From an uncultured virus (IMG/VR IMGVR_UViG_3300017706_002363) (lineage: Duplodnaviria; Heunggongvirae; Uroviricota; Caudoviricetes): 64,000 nucleotides of DNA. Of the stretch, positions 28,395 to 40,906 are shown one piece after another. The notes under the pieces were generated by a model. The model ran no database searches, had not been told where the DNA came from, and saw nothing but the letters and a program-made list of their open reading frames with translations. The translations under genes were made by a program, and so were the position numbers. Position 1 is the stretch's first letter. Each line of letters opens with the position of its first letter. The stretch lies in IMG/VR virus record IMGVR_UViG_3300017706_002363; one strand, given 5' to 3'.

Positions 28395-31300
28395 ATGTGC
28401 AATAAGTGTGACTACAAACTAAAGTATAAAAAAGGTAATAAGTATACAAACTATATTCCTTTACATGGACACTCTACTTACTCTCAAGGTGATGGTGTAA
28501 CCAAAATAGAAGATATTATCACTCGTGCAAAAGAAGTTGGTGCACCTGGTATATCATTAACTGAGCATGGAAACATGTCTTCATTTTATAAGTTTTATAA
28601 TAGTGCAAAAGAACATGGAGTAAATCCTATTGTTGGATGCGAACTATATACAAATGACCTATATCATTCAGATAATGAAAAATTTCTAGAACTTAAAAGA
28701 GGTACATCAGAAGTAATCGGCGATGCAGGAGAGCACCTTGACAAAACTGCAGCCGCAAATAACCATACTTTGGTTTATTCTAAAAACTATGAAGGTGTTA
28801 AAAATCTACTTAACATTTCAAATGAAGGATTTGACAATTATTATAGAAAGCCTTTATCAAGTATGAATAGAGTATATGAAGGTCTTAACGAAAACAACAT
28901 TATTACAACAGGCTGTCTTCAGTCAAAGTGGAATCAATTGGTACTTGCAGGTAATGAGGTAGAAGCATTAAAGTTAATTAAAAAGTTTAGAGATAAATTT
29001 GGTGAAGACTTTTACCTCGAGGTACAGCTAAACAACCTTGATATACAAATGACATGTAATAACTTCTATAAAAAGGTTTATGAAAAAACAGGAATAAAAC
29101 CTGTATTTGCACTTGATTATCACTACGCAAATAAAGATGATTGGTACATACAATATTTATTATATGTAATTCGTCAAAGAGAAACTGTACAATCATATAC
29201 ACCAGACGACTGGTTTTATACAGTACACTCACTTTACATTAAAGAGATTGATGAAATCTATGCAGAGGCAGAAAAATATGGTATGGATAAAAAATTCCTT
29301 GAATTAGCTATAGATTCAACATTCGAAATAAATGATAAGGTAAATATTGAAATGCCTAAATATCCTGACAACTTCCCTAAATATCACGAAGATAAATCAT
29401 TAAGCGAATCTGAATTTATGTCAAAGCTTAAAGTTAAATGGGTAGAAAAAATAGGCAATGGACTTTTACCTCAAGATGACAAACGATATACAGATAGATT
29501 AAAATACGAATTAGATATTATTAAGTCAAAAGGATTTATTGATTATTTCTTAATTTTAGATGACTTACTTAATAACTTTGTATATAAGGTAGGTGGTGCA
29601 ACTGGTGCCGGCCGTGGTTCTGCTGGTGGTTCACTTGTACTATTTGTGTTGGATATTACAAAAATCGATCCGATAAGACATAATTTAATTTTTGAAAGGT
29701 TCTTAAACCCCGCTAGAATTGACCCTGCCGATGTAGATTTGGACATTGATTCTGATACTCAAAAACTATGCGAAGGTTATTTAAAGGAAAAGTTTGGTAC
29801 TGAACGTGTTTGTCATATTGCAAACTTTGGTAAATTCGGTGCAAAGACAACTGTAAAGGATTTGTGTAGAATACATGAACTGGACTTTGTTTTATCAAAC
29901 AAGCTTACAGGTTATTTTAGCGATGACCCAAACTCACCTATTGATTTTGAAATGAAAAACGCTTTTAACATTGCACAGAAAAAAGGTGAAAAAGATTTAA
30001 TGGCATTTATAAAAGACAATAAAGAGCTATTCTTAAAAATTGCACCTAAAATGGTAGGCATGGTTAGACAAACAGGTAGACATGCATCAGGTATATTGGT
30101 AAGTAACAAGGACTTAAATTGTTCAGAAATACCTTTATTAAGACTTAAAGGCGAAACTGTTACAGGTGTACAAGAAGGTGGTGATGAACGTGAGGTTAGT
30201 GAACTTGGATATTGTAAACTAGATATTCTTGGTCTTAAGGCTGCATCTGTAATAAACGACACATTTAAGCTTATTGAAAAAGAACATGGTAAGTTTGGCT
30301 TAGAAGAGGAAATACTAAAATCTGATTTTGATGATAAAATGGTTTATGACGAATTTGAAACAGGTAATTGTAAAGACATATTCCAGTTTGGTTCTGACAA
30401 TATGATTAATCTTATTAGAACAATCAAGCCAAAAAGCATTGTAGATTTATCTTCTATTAACGCAATGTTTAGGCCAGCAATTATACAAGCTGGTGGTATT
30501 GATGAATATATTAAGAATAGACAAAACCCGGTAGAGGCAAAAATGATATTGGATAACAAGTCACCTTTGCTTTGGGATATATTAGGCGAATCATTTGGTG
30601 TACCTATATTTCAAGAGCAGATTATGTTTATTCTACAAAAAATAGGTGGATTTACACTTGCTGAAGCCGATGGTGGTAGAAAAATCCTTAAGTTATTGCA
30701 TAAAGGTAACCAGGAAAAGAAAGGTAATTTCTATGACATGCTTGATAGATTTAAAAAAGGTGCAAAAGCAAATGGCATGAAAGATAGAGATATAGATGAA
30801 TTACTTGATGTACTAGGTAAATATTCTGAATACTCATTTAACAAATCACACTCTCTTGCATACGCTATGAATGCTTATATATCAATGTGGCAAAAGGTTC
30901 ACTATCCAAAAGAATATTATGCATCGCTATTAAATCATTCAACAAATGCAGAATTAAGTTGGTTTGTTAAACAGATTAAGAAAAAAGGTATAAAGTTTAA
31001 TGAGTTTGAAATAGGCCAAACAGGTAATAGCTTTGAAATAGATAGAGAAAATAACTCAATTAAATTTGGTTTAAATCTTGTAAAAGGTATACCAGACAAG
31101 GACGCTGCAATTATAAACTCTGCAAATCGTGGTGACATAAGCACTGTAAAAGATTTAGTTGAATTTATACTAAGCAAGAAAATAACAAAGCGTACATATG
31201 AACCTCTTTGTAGACTAGGATATTTTAAAGGTATCATGAAAAATTCTAAAATATTGGAAGAGATTATCAATGCATGTAGAAATAAAAAGAAAGCAGACAC

Positions 31301-31748
31301 AGTTGATGGTTTAATACAGTCAGTTACTGAAGCTAATATAGGTGAAAAGGATTGGGATAAAACACAAAAGTTTGAATGGGAAAAGAAATACTTTGACTTT
31401 TATTTTAATGAGCATCCGTTTTCAAAATATAAAGAATTTTTCTACGAACATGCACCTGACATTATTGCTCAACTAACCAGTCCTAAACAGATACCAGATG
31501 ATATAGAAAAAGGTAAGTTCCAGCTATATGGTATTATCAATAAAATTATTATTAAAAAATCCAAAAAGACTGGTAGAGAATTTTACAAAATTGCTTTGGA
31601 AGATGATTTAAAACAATTGTTTATAACAATATTTAACACAAGAGATATTGCAGGACTATCAGAAGGTGAGTTTGTGTTAATTCCTGCATCGAAGAATAAA
31701 TTTGGTTTTACAAAAAGTAAAAACTCTTCGATAAAAAAGTTGATATAA
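28395..31748 (+). CDS. dnaE: DNA polymerase III alpha subunit (family C)
   Basis: PHP motifs HGHSTYS..DG, TEHG, GCE, DYHY; GRGSAGGSLV, FERFLNPAR...DVDLD, GRHASG, KLDILGL, FQEQIM, YSFNKSHS. Confidence 0.96.
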   Translation: MCNKCDYKLKYKKGNKYTNYIPLHGHSTYSQGDGVTKIEDIITRAKEVGAPGISLTEHGNMSSFYKFYNSAKEHGVNPIVGCELYTNDLYHSDNEKFLELKRGTSEVIGDAGEHLDKTAAANNHTLVYSKNYEGVKNLLNISNEGFDNYYRKPLSSMNRVYEGLNENNIITTGCLQSKWNQLVLAGNEVEALKLIKKFRDKFGEDFYLEVQLNNLDIQMTCNNFYKKVYEKTGIKPVFALDYHYANKDDWYIQYLLYVIRQRETVQSYTPDDWFYTVHSLYIKEIDEIYAEAEKYGMDKKFLELAIDSTFEINDKVNIEMPKYPDNFPKYHEDKSLSESEFMSKLKVKWVEKIGNGLLPQDDKRYTDRLKYELDIIKSKGFIDYFLILDDLLNNFVYKVGGATGAGRGSAGGSLVLFVLDITKIDPIRHNLIFERFLNPARIDPADVDLDIDSDTQKLCEGYLKEKFGTERVCHIANFGKFGAKTTVKDLCRIHELDFVLSNKLTGYFSDDPNSPIDFEMKNAFNIAQKKGEKDLMAFIKDNKELFLKIAPKMVGMVRQTGRHASGILVSNKDLNCSEIPLLRLKGETVTGVQEGGDEREVSELGYCKLDILGLKAASVINDTFKLIEKEHGKFGLEEEILKSDFDDKMVYDEFETGNCKDIFQFGSDNMINLIRTIKPKSIVDLSSINAMFRPAIIQAGGIDEYIKNRQNPVEAKMILDNKSPLLWDILGESFGVPIFQEQIMFILQKIGGFTLAEADGGRKILKLLHKGNQEKKGNFYDMLDRFKKGAKANGMKDRDIDELLDVLGKYSEYSFNKSHSLAYAMNAYISMWQKVHYPKEYYASLLNHSTNAELSWFVKQIKKKGIKFNEFEIGQTGNSFEIDRENNSIKFGLNLVKGIPDKDAAIINSANRGDISTVKDLVEFILSKKITKRTYEPLCRLGYFKGIMKNSKILEEIINACRNKKKADTVDGLIQSVTEANIGEKDWDKTQKFEWEKKYFDFYFNEHPFSKYKEFFYEHAPDIIAQLTSPKQIPDDIEKGKFQLYGIINKIIIKKSKKTGREFYKIALEDDLKQLFITIFNTRDIAGLSEGEFVLIPASKNKFGFTKSKNSSIKKLI

Positions 31749-31804
31749 TTTCTCTATGTCGCAAAGATTTGTTATATTTATATTAAATAAAAAGGTTATA
31801 GAAA

Positions 31805-32620
31805 ATGCAAGATAAATTAAGTTATGATGTGGTAGAAAACCTGAGAATCGTAATGGGAACATTACCTGAGGAACAGCCACTACTAAAAACAGAATTCAAA
31901 ATACTATCAGACGAGGTTGATGTGACATTAGAAGACCACATGTCAAATCCTTATAAATCTATGTTTGTTACTAGTACCTCAACATGGGGTGACAATGAAT
32001 TTAAAAGAAAATGGCCATTAACTTCACCAGAAGGAAAGCTTGAAGTTGTAAAGGCTGTATTAACTCACAATACTTTACCACAGGCTAGAGAAATGGTTCA
32101 GTTTATATTTAGAGTGAGAGGCGTTCCAAGATGGTTATTTGATTATCACACACAAACACCTTTTACGAGTTTTATGAGTATAGGTTGCCGTGACAATAAC
32201 AAGTCCGATGTAGATATCGTAACTCTTTCTTCTTTAGATGAAAAAGAAATAAAGGTAATGGAAAGGCTAAAAGCACTTTATTCACGAGCACTAGATACAG
32301 ACCAAGCATCTTGGCAATCTGCAAGGTCATTTTTACCACAATCATACCAACATTCATATCATTTTGGACAGAATTTACTTTCACTTGTAAGCATGAGAGG
32401 TTTTAATGCATCAGGTAATTTTAACCTAGATGATAATAAAGATTGGGCACTTAATGAATTATACAAAAAGGTGGTAAAATCTGTTGAAGAAAAATTCCCT
32501 TTAATAGGCGAATACTTAAGAGTTATTACAGAAGATACAGAAACTGTACTAGATTTTATTAAAAATATTAAATACGAAGATTTAAAAGAATCCGATAAAA
32601 AGCTATTTGAAAATGAGTAA
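31805..32620 (+). CDS. Divergent ThyX-fold protein 1
   Basis: E.VQFIFRVRGVPR....H, S.MS.G.R, WQSARSFLPQ..........N..L. The canonical RHR motif is absent. Confidence 0.65.
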   Translation: MQDKLSYDVVENLRIVMGTLPEEQPLLKTEFKILSDEVDVTLEDHMSNPYKSMFVTSTSTWGDNEFKRKWPLTSPEGKLEVVKAVLTHNTLPQAREMVQFIFRVRGVPRWLFDYHTQTPFTSFMSIGCRDNNKSDVDIVTLSSLDEKEIKVMERLKALYSRALDTDQASWQSARSFLPQSYQHSYHFGQNLLSLVSMRGFNASGNFNLDDNKDWALNELYKKVVKSVEEKFPLIGEYLRVITEDTETVLDFIKNIKYEDLKESDKKLFENE

Positions 32621-33327
32621 TATTAAAATTAAAAAAGGCATTGAATGTCTAGATGTTGAAATACTAATGTGGAATCCTGATTCTCAGATGATAACATATA
32701 AAGTAACAGGAACACCTGTTTGTCAATTTGACCAGCATTCAAGAGCTAGAGTTGGAATTAAGTTTAAAGACTACAAGGTAAGCGAAGAACCAAATTATGT
32801 TGTATACACACAGGTGTGGGACACAATGGAAAAAGACCCTGAATTTAAAAAAGAGGTTATAGAAACATTGGAGCAACTTGAAGAAATAAGAAATGAACAC
32901 GAATTAAATTTATTTTCTCAAGTAGAAATGTCTGCACTTAATCTTATGTCAAGAGAATGTAGTTATATTGTAGAACAAAATATAGGTTCGCTAAGAGGTC
33001 AGATGACAAGAAGACTTCAATTCTGTGAAGAAGAATTTATTGTTGGTTTACATTGGCTATTACGAAAAAAGATGATAGACGCAGGAATAGGACTTGCTGA
33101 AGGTTTTAAACCTATGTGCGATATTACAAAAAAATGTGAATATGCTAAAGCCGACTATCTTTCAAACGCATTTGGTTGTTTATTTGCAGGATGCGGAAGA
33201 TGGAAATCACATACAGAATTTGCAAGTTTCAATCAATCATGTACAACACCAGAACTTGTTAAAGAACAAACAGGCGTTACATGTACAAAATCAGAATATG
33301 AATTACAATTAGAAAAGGAGAATACAG

Positions 33328-33335
<8 letters not shown>
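32607..33335 (+). CDS. Divergent ThyX-fold protein 2
   Basis: Y.V.G......DQHSRARVG, NIGSLRGQM.RRL..C, PMCD..KKC.Y; Cys-rich C-terminus. Confidence 0.6.
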
Positions 33336-35239
<1,904 letters not shown>

Positions 35240-35240
<1 letters not shown>

Positions 35241-35488
35241 TGAGTAAGACAATAAATATGAATCCAAATCAACAGCAAAACATTAATATAAATCCTAATG
35301 ATTTAGAAGATGTACTATGTGAAGAATGTGGAGAGCAAACATTTGAACCTGCATTCTTATTTAAAAAACTATCGGCAGTAATGTCACCAACAGGAAAGGA
35401 CACTTTGATACCGCTTCAGGTATATAAATGCACCCACTGTGGCCATATCAATCAAGGCTTTTTACCAAAGGACAATCCAAATGAGTAA
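35240..35488 (+). CDS. Zinc-ribbon protein
   Basis: CEECG ... CTHCG; coupled to groEL. Confidence 0.7.
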
Positions 35489-35666
35489 AATCGAGGATTC
35501 AGTTTGTAAAAAAATATTGAAACGAGCAGAGGTAGGTAAATCGAAGTACGGAACTACTATGGAGAGAGACGACTTGTCTCTGCTCGAATGGCTAAAACAT
35601 ACTCAGGAAGAACTAATGGATGCGGCAGTTTACATTGAAAAATTAATGCAAGAAAAGCAAAAATAA
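35481..35666 (+). CDS. Small MazG-like / all-alpha NTP-pyrophosphatase-like protein
   Basis: R..VG..KYGTT..R.DL...W..H.QEELMDAAVY.EK. Confidence 0.55.
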   Translation: MSKIEDSVCKKILKRAEVGKSKYGTTMERDDLSLLEWLKHTQEELMDAAVYIEKLMQEKQK

Positions 35667-35727
35667 TTGCTAAAAAGTTTTTTTATCTCGGAAAAATTGC
35701 GTATATTAGATATATAAATAAATCATT

Positions 35728-36642
35728 ATGAACATCAAAACACCAAAAGACCTAGCAATTGCAGCAAGAAAACAAGGTAAGACTACCATTTCTTATAGTC
35801 AAATCAACATGTACAAAAACTGCCCACTACAATGGAAGTTAACATACGTAGACAAGATAAGAGACTTCGAACCTAGTATGTTTTTGGTTTTTGGTACTGC
35901 AATGCACGAGGTTCTTCAAACATACTTAGACACAATGTATAAGGATTCTATTGTAAATGCTAATAAGCTTGACCTACACAAACAGCTATCAGACACAATG
36001 AAGCTAGAATACAAAAAAGCAGTCGATGAACAGGACGGTAAACACTTTTCATTTTCAGAAGAAATCAATGACTTTTATAACGATGGTGTAGAAATTATTG
36101 AAGAATTCAAAAGGCGTAGAGGTGCTTATTTTTCTAAAAAAAATACAGAGTTATTAGGTGTAGAAATACCTATACTGTGTCCTGTAGATGGTTCAGATAA
36201 AATAATGGTTATGGGTTTTGTCGACCTTGTAATGAAAGAAGGTGACAGGATAAAGATTATAGATATAAAAACATCTATGTTTGGTTGGAAAGCAAAGAAG
36301 AAAAAAGGCGAAGGTGACCAGCTTCGTATATACAAAAAGTATTTTGCAAAACAATACGGTGTAGACGAATCAGACATAGACATAGAATACTTTATTGTCA
36401 AGCGTAAGTTATATGAAAACCTAGACTTCCCACAAAAACGTATACAGCAATATAGACCACCAGCTGGTAAGCCTTCAATGAACAAGACAGACAAAATACT
36501 TAAAGAGTTTGTAGAAAAAGCATTTGTAAACGGCAAGCGAAATCCGGATGGCGAATACCCTGCACTAAAATCTGGCTGTACATATTGTCCTTTCAAAAAG
36601 CGACATGACTTATGCAATCCTAAACAAAGGTTGGCTGTATGA
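35728..36642 (+). CDS. PD-(D/E)xK Cas4/RecB/AddB-like exonuclease
   Basis: ISYSQ....CP, GTAMHE, GFVDL...IIDIKT, QL..Y, CTYCPF....C (four Cys). Confidence 0.88.
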   Translation: MNIKTPKDLAIAARKQGKTTISYSQINMYKNCPLQWKLTYVDKIRDFEPSMFLVFGTAMHEVLQTYLDTMYKDSIVNANKLDLHKQLSDTMKLEYKKAVDEQDGKHFSFSEEINDFYNDGVEIIEEFKRRRGAYFSKKNTELLGVEIPILCPVDGSDKIMVMGFVDLVMKEGDRIKIIDIKTSMFGWKAKKKKGEGDQLRIYKKYFAKQYGVDESDIDIEYFIVKRKLYENLDFPQKRIQQYRPPAGKPSMNKTDKILKEFVEKAFVNGKRNPDGEYPALKSGCTYCPFKKRHDLCNPKQRLAV

Positions 36643-37040
36643 AAATAGGCATAACAGGAAGCAATGGTTATCAAAATTATAGAAAGGTAAAAGATACTAT
36701 ATTTATGCTAAAACAAAAGTTTAAAGAAGATTTAATAATAGTATCTGCAGGAACTTTAAACGGCGCTGATAAATATGCTAAAAAATATGCTATGGAGCTT
36801 GGATGTAAATATGTAGAATTCAATCCTGCTCACACACCAAAAAACTTATATTCAGCGCTTCATGAAAATTACTATGGAAAAAAATATAATGTAAAATATT
36901 TCTTTCATAGAAATCAAATGATGGCAAAGTATATAGACTATTTAATTGCTTTTATTCCAGAAGGTAAAAAATCTAGTTCGTCAGAACATACCATTAAGGA
37001 GTCGAAAAAATTAAATAAAAAAATTGTTATAATTTCATGA
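36639..37040 (+). CDS. SLOG-family (YspA/DprA-like) protein
   Basis: IGITGS, IVSAG...GADKYA, RNQMMA...D.LIAF. Confidence 0.75.
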   Translation: MKIGITGSNGYQNYRKVKDTIFMLKQKFKEDLIIVSAGTLNGADKYAKKYAMELGCKYVEFNPAHTPKNLYSALHENYYGKKYNVKYFFHRNQMMAKYIDYLIAFIPEGKKSSSSEHTIKESKKLNKKIVIIS

Positions 37041-37089
37041 TTAAAGATATATAAGTATATATTTATATATGTTATTCAGGAGATTAGTT

Positions 37090-37296
37090 ATGGAACAAAA
37101 ATTAACATCGGTAAAAGTTGATATAGATTCTTGGAATGATTTTAAGAAACTATCAATAGATGAAAAAATTACATTTAGACAATTGGTTCAAATATCAATT
37201 GCTGAATTTATAAGCGACAAAGGTTTTAGAAATATAATAAAAGAAAAGGTTACAGAAAATGGCAACAAGCAAAAAGAAAATATTACTGCTAGGTGA
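37090..37296 (+). CDS. Small ribbon-helix-helix-like DNA-binding protein
   Basis: KLTSVKV....W..FK......ITF..LV; AGGAG SD; upstream TATTTATA at 37060. Confidence 0.55.
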   Translation: MEQKLTSVKVDIDSWNDFKKLSIDEKITFRQLVQISIAEFISDKGFRNIIKEKVTENGNKQKENITAR

Positions 37297-38674
37297 CGAC
37301 ATGAGACTGCACTCAGGTGTAGGTACTATGTGCAAAGAGATAGTGACAGGAACTCTTAAGCACTTTGATTGGGTTCAGCTAGGTGGTGCAATAAAACATC
37401 CAGAAGCAGGAAAAGGCTTTTTGGATATTTCAAAAGATGAATTTATAATAGAACAATCAGGCGTAACAGATGGTTATGTAAAAATATTACCAGTTGATGG
37501 TTATGGAAACCCTGATTTAGTTAGAGATGTAATTACATTAGAAAAACCTGATGCTATATTACACTTTACAGACCCTAGGTTTTGGGGATGGCTTTACGAC
37601 ATGTCACACGAATTTAGAACTGAAGGTATACCTCTCATGTATTACAACATTTGGGATGACTTGCCTTATCCTCATTGGAACGAGCCGTTTTACGAATCTT
37701 GTGATTTATTAATGGGAATATCAAAGCAGACATATAATATAAATAAAAATGTATGCCAGAGAAAACCTAGAACTGATTGGGATTTGACCTATGTACAACA
37801 TGGTATAGATGAAAAGAAATACTTTCCTATAGAACCTACAGATAGTAAATACGTTTCAATAAAATCTAAATTATTAGGTGAAAATGACTACGAATTTATA
37901 GCATTCTTTAATTCAAGAAATATACATCGAAAAGGATGTAACAGTTTAATTCAAGCATTTGGAAAATTTGTAGAATCGATACCTGAAGATAAAAAAGATA
38001 AGGTTGCTCTTTTAATGCACACCGATGTTGTAGACCAAAATGGTACTGATTTATTAGCTACAGTAGAAAATCTTTATCCTGACATAAATGTTATATTTAG
38101 TACTGCAAAATTAGACGTGTCAGATTTAAATGTTTTATATAATATTTCAGATATTGTATGCCAACCTAGTTCTGCCGAAGGATTTGGTTTGAGTCACATG
38201 GAAGGTATGATGGCAGGTAAGCCAACAATTTCTACTGTTATTGGCGGTTTGCAAGACCAAATGGGATTCAAGGTTGATGGAAATGAGTTAACTAAAGAGC
38301 ATCTAACAGCTGAAATACCAAGTAATTCTACAGGTAAAATTTCAAAAGAGCATGGTGAATGGGTATATCCATTATGGCCTAATTTAAGTCTTCAAGGTTC
38401 ACCTCCAACTCCATACATTTATGATTCACGACCAGATATAAATGAAATAGCAGAAGGATTAAAATTTTGGTATAATATGGATTCTGAAGAAAGAAAAAGA
38501 AGAGGTTTATCAGGTAGAGATTGGGCAATTGATAATGGATTTACAAAACTTGGAATGTGTAGCGCAATGTCAAAATCAATAGAACAGTTCTTTAGAAAAT
38601 GGCAAAGACCAGAAAAATTCTCATTGAAAAAAATTAATAAACAAAAATTAAATTATCCTACAGGAGTATTATAA
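37259..38674 (+). CDS. Glycosyltransferase (GT-B, GT4-like)
   Basis: DD.R..SGVG, SRN..RKG, LYNISD.....S.AEGFGL...E.M.AG.P. Confidence 0.88.
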   Translation: MATSKKKILLLGDDMRLHSGVGTMCKEIVTGTLKHFDWVQLGGAIKHPEAGKGFLDISKDEFIIEQSGVTDGYVKILPVDGYGNPDLVRDVITLEKPDAILHFTDPRFWGWLYDMSHEFRTEGIPLMYYNIWDDLPYPHWNEPFYESCDLLMGISKQTYNINKNVCQRKPRTDWDLTYVQHGIDEKKYFPIEPTDSKYVSIKSKLLGENDYEFIAFFNSRNIHRKGCNSLIQAFGKFVESIPEDKKDKVALLMHTDVVDQNGTDLLATVENLYPDINVIFSTAKLDVSDLNVLYNISDIVCQPSSAEGFGLSHMEGMMAGKPTISTVIGGLQDQMGFKVDGNELTKEHLTAEIPSNSTGKISKEHGEWVYPLWPNLSLQGSPPTPYIYDSRPDINEIAEGLKFWYNMDSEERKRRGLSGRDWAIDNGFTKLGMCSAMSKSIEQFFRKWQRPEKFSLKKINKQKLNYPTGVL

Positions 38675-39948
38675 TGATGAAACCAAATTTAGTTATTAGC
38701 TGTCCAGCTTCTAGTAGAAGTGGATACGGAAATCACAGTAGAGACTTAATAAGAAGTCTAATTAAAATGGATAAATATAACATTAGTATAGTCGATCAGA
38801 GATGGGGAGCCTGTCCTAGAACTGAATTGTTAAAAGAAGAGTTTAGTGATATAGCAGCTTTTGTTTCCAAAACTCCTCCAGTTCAAAGCGATATCGATAT
38901 ATGGATTCAAATAACTGTTCCTAATGAGTTTCAACCTGTAGGTAAATACAACATAGGTATCACAGCAGGAATTGAAACAGATAGAGTTGCACCTCAATGG
39001 CTTGAAGGAATGAATAGAATGGACTTGACACTTGTACCTTCTATGCACTCTGTTAACGGTTTTTCGATAATGTATGATAAGATGAACCAACAAACAAATC
39101 AAAAAGAAGGCGAGCTTAAATTAGAAAAGCCTATTAATATATTAATGGAAGGAATAGATTTAGATGTATATAATAAAACAGATAAAATAGAACCTTCAAT
39201 ACAAAAATATTTTAAAGATATAAAAGAAGATTTTTGCTTTTTAGTATGCGGCCATTGGATGCAGGGTGAGTTTGGACATGATAGAAAAGATATTGGTGGT
39301 ACAATACAAACATTTCTTGCAACATTTAAAAACTTATCACAAAGAAATATGCCTGCATTAATACTTAAAACAGGCGTAAATTTTAGCGTTATTGAGCAAC
39401 ATGATTATGAAACAAAAATAAGAAAGATTATGGAATCTATTGGCTCAGAAAAAATGCCTAGTGTATACCTTCTTTCAGGTGACTTAACTGATTCTGAAAT
39501 GAATAGTTTATATAACCATCCAAAGATAAAAGCTATGGTTAGTTTTACTCACGGTGAAGGATATGGTAGACCACTTGCAGAGTTTTCAGTAACAGGAAAA
39601 CCTGTTATTGTATCTGACTGGTCTGGCCACAAAGACTTTATATCAGCAAACGGATTTTTAATACCAGGAGAAGTAAAACCTGTTCACCCATCATCTGTTT
39701 GGAAGGACGTAATTAATTCTGAATCTCAATGGTTCTTTCCTAATTATGGATATGCTTCAGGTATTATGAAAGACTGCCATAAAAATTATAAATCATATTT
39801 AGAAAAATCTAGAAAACAAACTCAGTACATGAAGGATAAGTTTTCTTTAGAAATTATGGACGAACAATTTAAAAATCTGCTTGATGAAAATGTGCCAAGA
39901 TTTGATGTCGAGCTACCAACACTAGAGGAGTTACAGACTTATGAATAA
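38674..39948 (+). CDS. Glycosyltransferase (GT-B, GT4-like)
   Basis: SRSGYG..SRD, DRKDIG, LYNHP...A.VS.THGEGYGRPL.E. Confidence 0.88.
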   Translation: MMKPNLVISCPASSRSGYGNHSRDLIRSLIKMDKYNISIVDQRWGACPRTELLKEEFSDIAAFVSKTPPVQSDIDIWIQITVPNEFQPVGKYNIGITAGIETDRVAPQWLEGMNRMDLTLVPSMHSVNGFSIMYDKMNQQTNQKEGELKLEKPINILMEGIDLDVYNKTDKIEPSIQKYFKDIKEDFCFLVCGHWMQGEFGHDRKDIGGTIQTFLATFKNLSQRNMPALILKTGVNFSVIEQHDYETKIRKIMESIGSEKMPSVYLLSGDLTDSEMNSLYNHPKIKAMVSFTHGEGYGRPLAEFSVTGKPVIVSDWSGHKDFISANGFLIPGEVKPVHPSSVWKDVINSESQWFFPNYGYASGIMKDCHKNYKSYLEKSRKQTQYMKDKFSLEIMDEQFKNLLDENVPRFDVELPTLEELQTYE

Positions 39949-40429
39949 AGAAAATTGGGGCAAAAGCCCGATAACAGGAAAAGATATGGTGCTTCAAGAA
40001 TTTGATGAAAAAAACGGAGCATCTAAAATGGATTTAAGTTCAGGATATTATACAAACGAATTTCCTTTAAATTATAAAAAACATCCTGACTTTGATATTA
40101 ATAAATTTGAGGAAGGAATGCCTGAATTGATGAAAGATTTAAGGTACGATGATGGTGAATCATATTGGTACCCAGCAACAATACAAACAGTAGAATCACT
40201 TGTATTTCCAGTAGGTACAGTACAGGCTGTAAAGGATGGAGAAGAAGTAGGCAACGAATTAATAAAGTGGTGTTATGCTCCAGTAAAAACATTGACAGAA
40301 GAAGAAAAATCTAATCTTTCTGAAAATTCAAACTTTGAATCTAAAGTAGATATGGAATCAGCAGAATATTTTATTAGCTATTTAGAAGCTTGTAAAAAAG
40401 TAAAAGGCTTTGCATTAGGTGATATATAA
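39941..40429 (+). CDS. Hypothetical protein
   Basis: Coupled ORF within the operon. Confidence 0.65.
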   Translation: MNKENWGKSPITGKDMVLQEFDEKNGASKMDLSSGYYTNEFPLNYKKHPDFDINKFEEGMPELMKDLRYDDGESYWYPATIQTVESLVFPVGTVQAVKDGEEVGNELIKWCYAPVKTLTEEEKSNLSENSNFESKVDMESAEYFISYLEACKKVKGFALGDI

Positions 40430-40887
40430 TGGCAAACTATTTTAACCAACATTTAACTAGAATGGAATCAATGGTTGTTATACCTAAAAGTGACTTACAA
40501 AAAGGTATGATAATAAGAAACAAATATCAGACCATTGATGATGGTTTAAAAGAATATTTCTTTTTAATACTTAATCCTCTATATAGTGGTGATGGTAAAG
40601 TGCATGCACTAAGTCTAAACGAATTTAGCATCTTGCAGTTTATGAGAATTGCAAAACAAACAAATATAAGGATTATACCTAAATACAAAAAGCGAGCATT
40701 AGCAATTCCTAAGCTTGTAATGGAGCAGAGCTCATATAGATTTTATATGGGTAGTATATTAGGTGGAGGTAGAGAAATAAAAAAATTCTACAACAACAGC
40801 TACAGAACTTTATTTCCAGAGCAAATGAAGTTGTCGTTTTTAATTGACTATAAATTTGATAGCGATATAAAATTAATAACGTCTTAA
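40429..40887 (+). CDS. Hypothetical protein
   Basis: Coupled ORF; weak, unverified resemblance to the T4 gp2 DNA end protector. Confidence 0.55.
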   Translation: MANYFNQHLTRMESMVVIPKSDLQKGMIIRNKYQTIDDGLKEYFFLILNPLYSGDGKVHALSLNEFSILQFMRIAKQTNIRIIPKYKKRALAIPKLVMEQSSYRFYMGSILGGGREIKKFYNNSYRTLFPEQMKLSFLIDYKFDSDIKLITS

Positions 40888-40906
40888 TTTAAAATAAAAA
40901 GGTTAT

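Noticed and set aside
16117..31748. Inteins or introns in recA, helicase, nrdJ or dnaE
   Set aside because: Protein lengths and motif spacing are normal, with no Hint or homing endonuclease insertions visible.
35728..36642. CRISPR-Cas locus around the Cas4-like gene
   Set aside because: No cas1/cas2 or array; stand-alone Cas4-like nucleases are common in phages.
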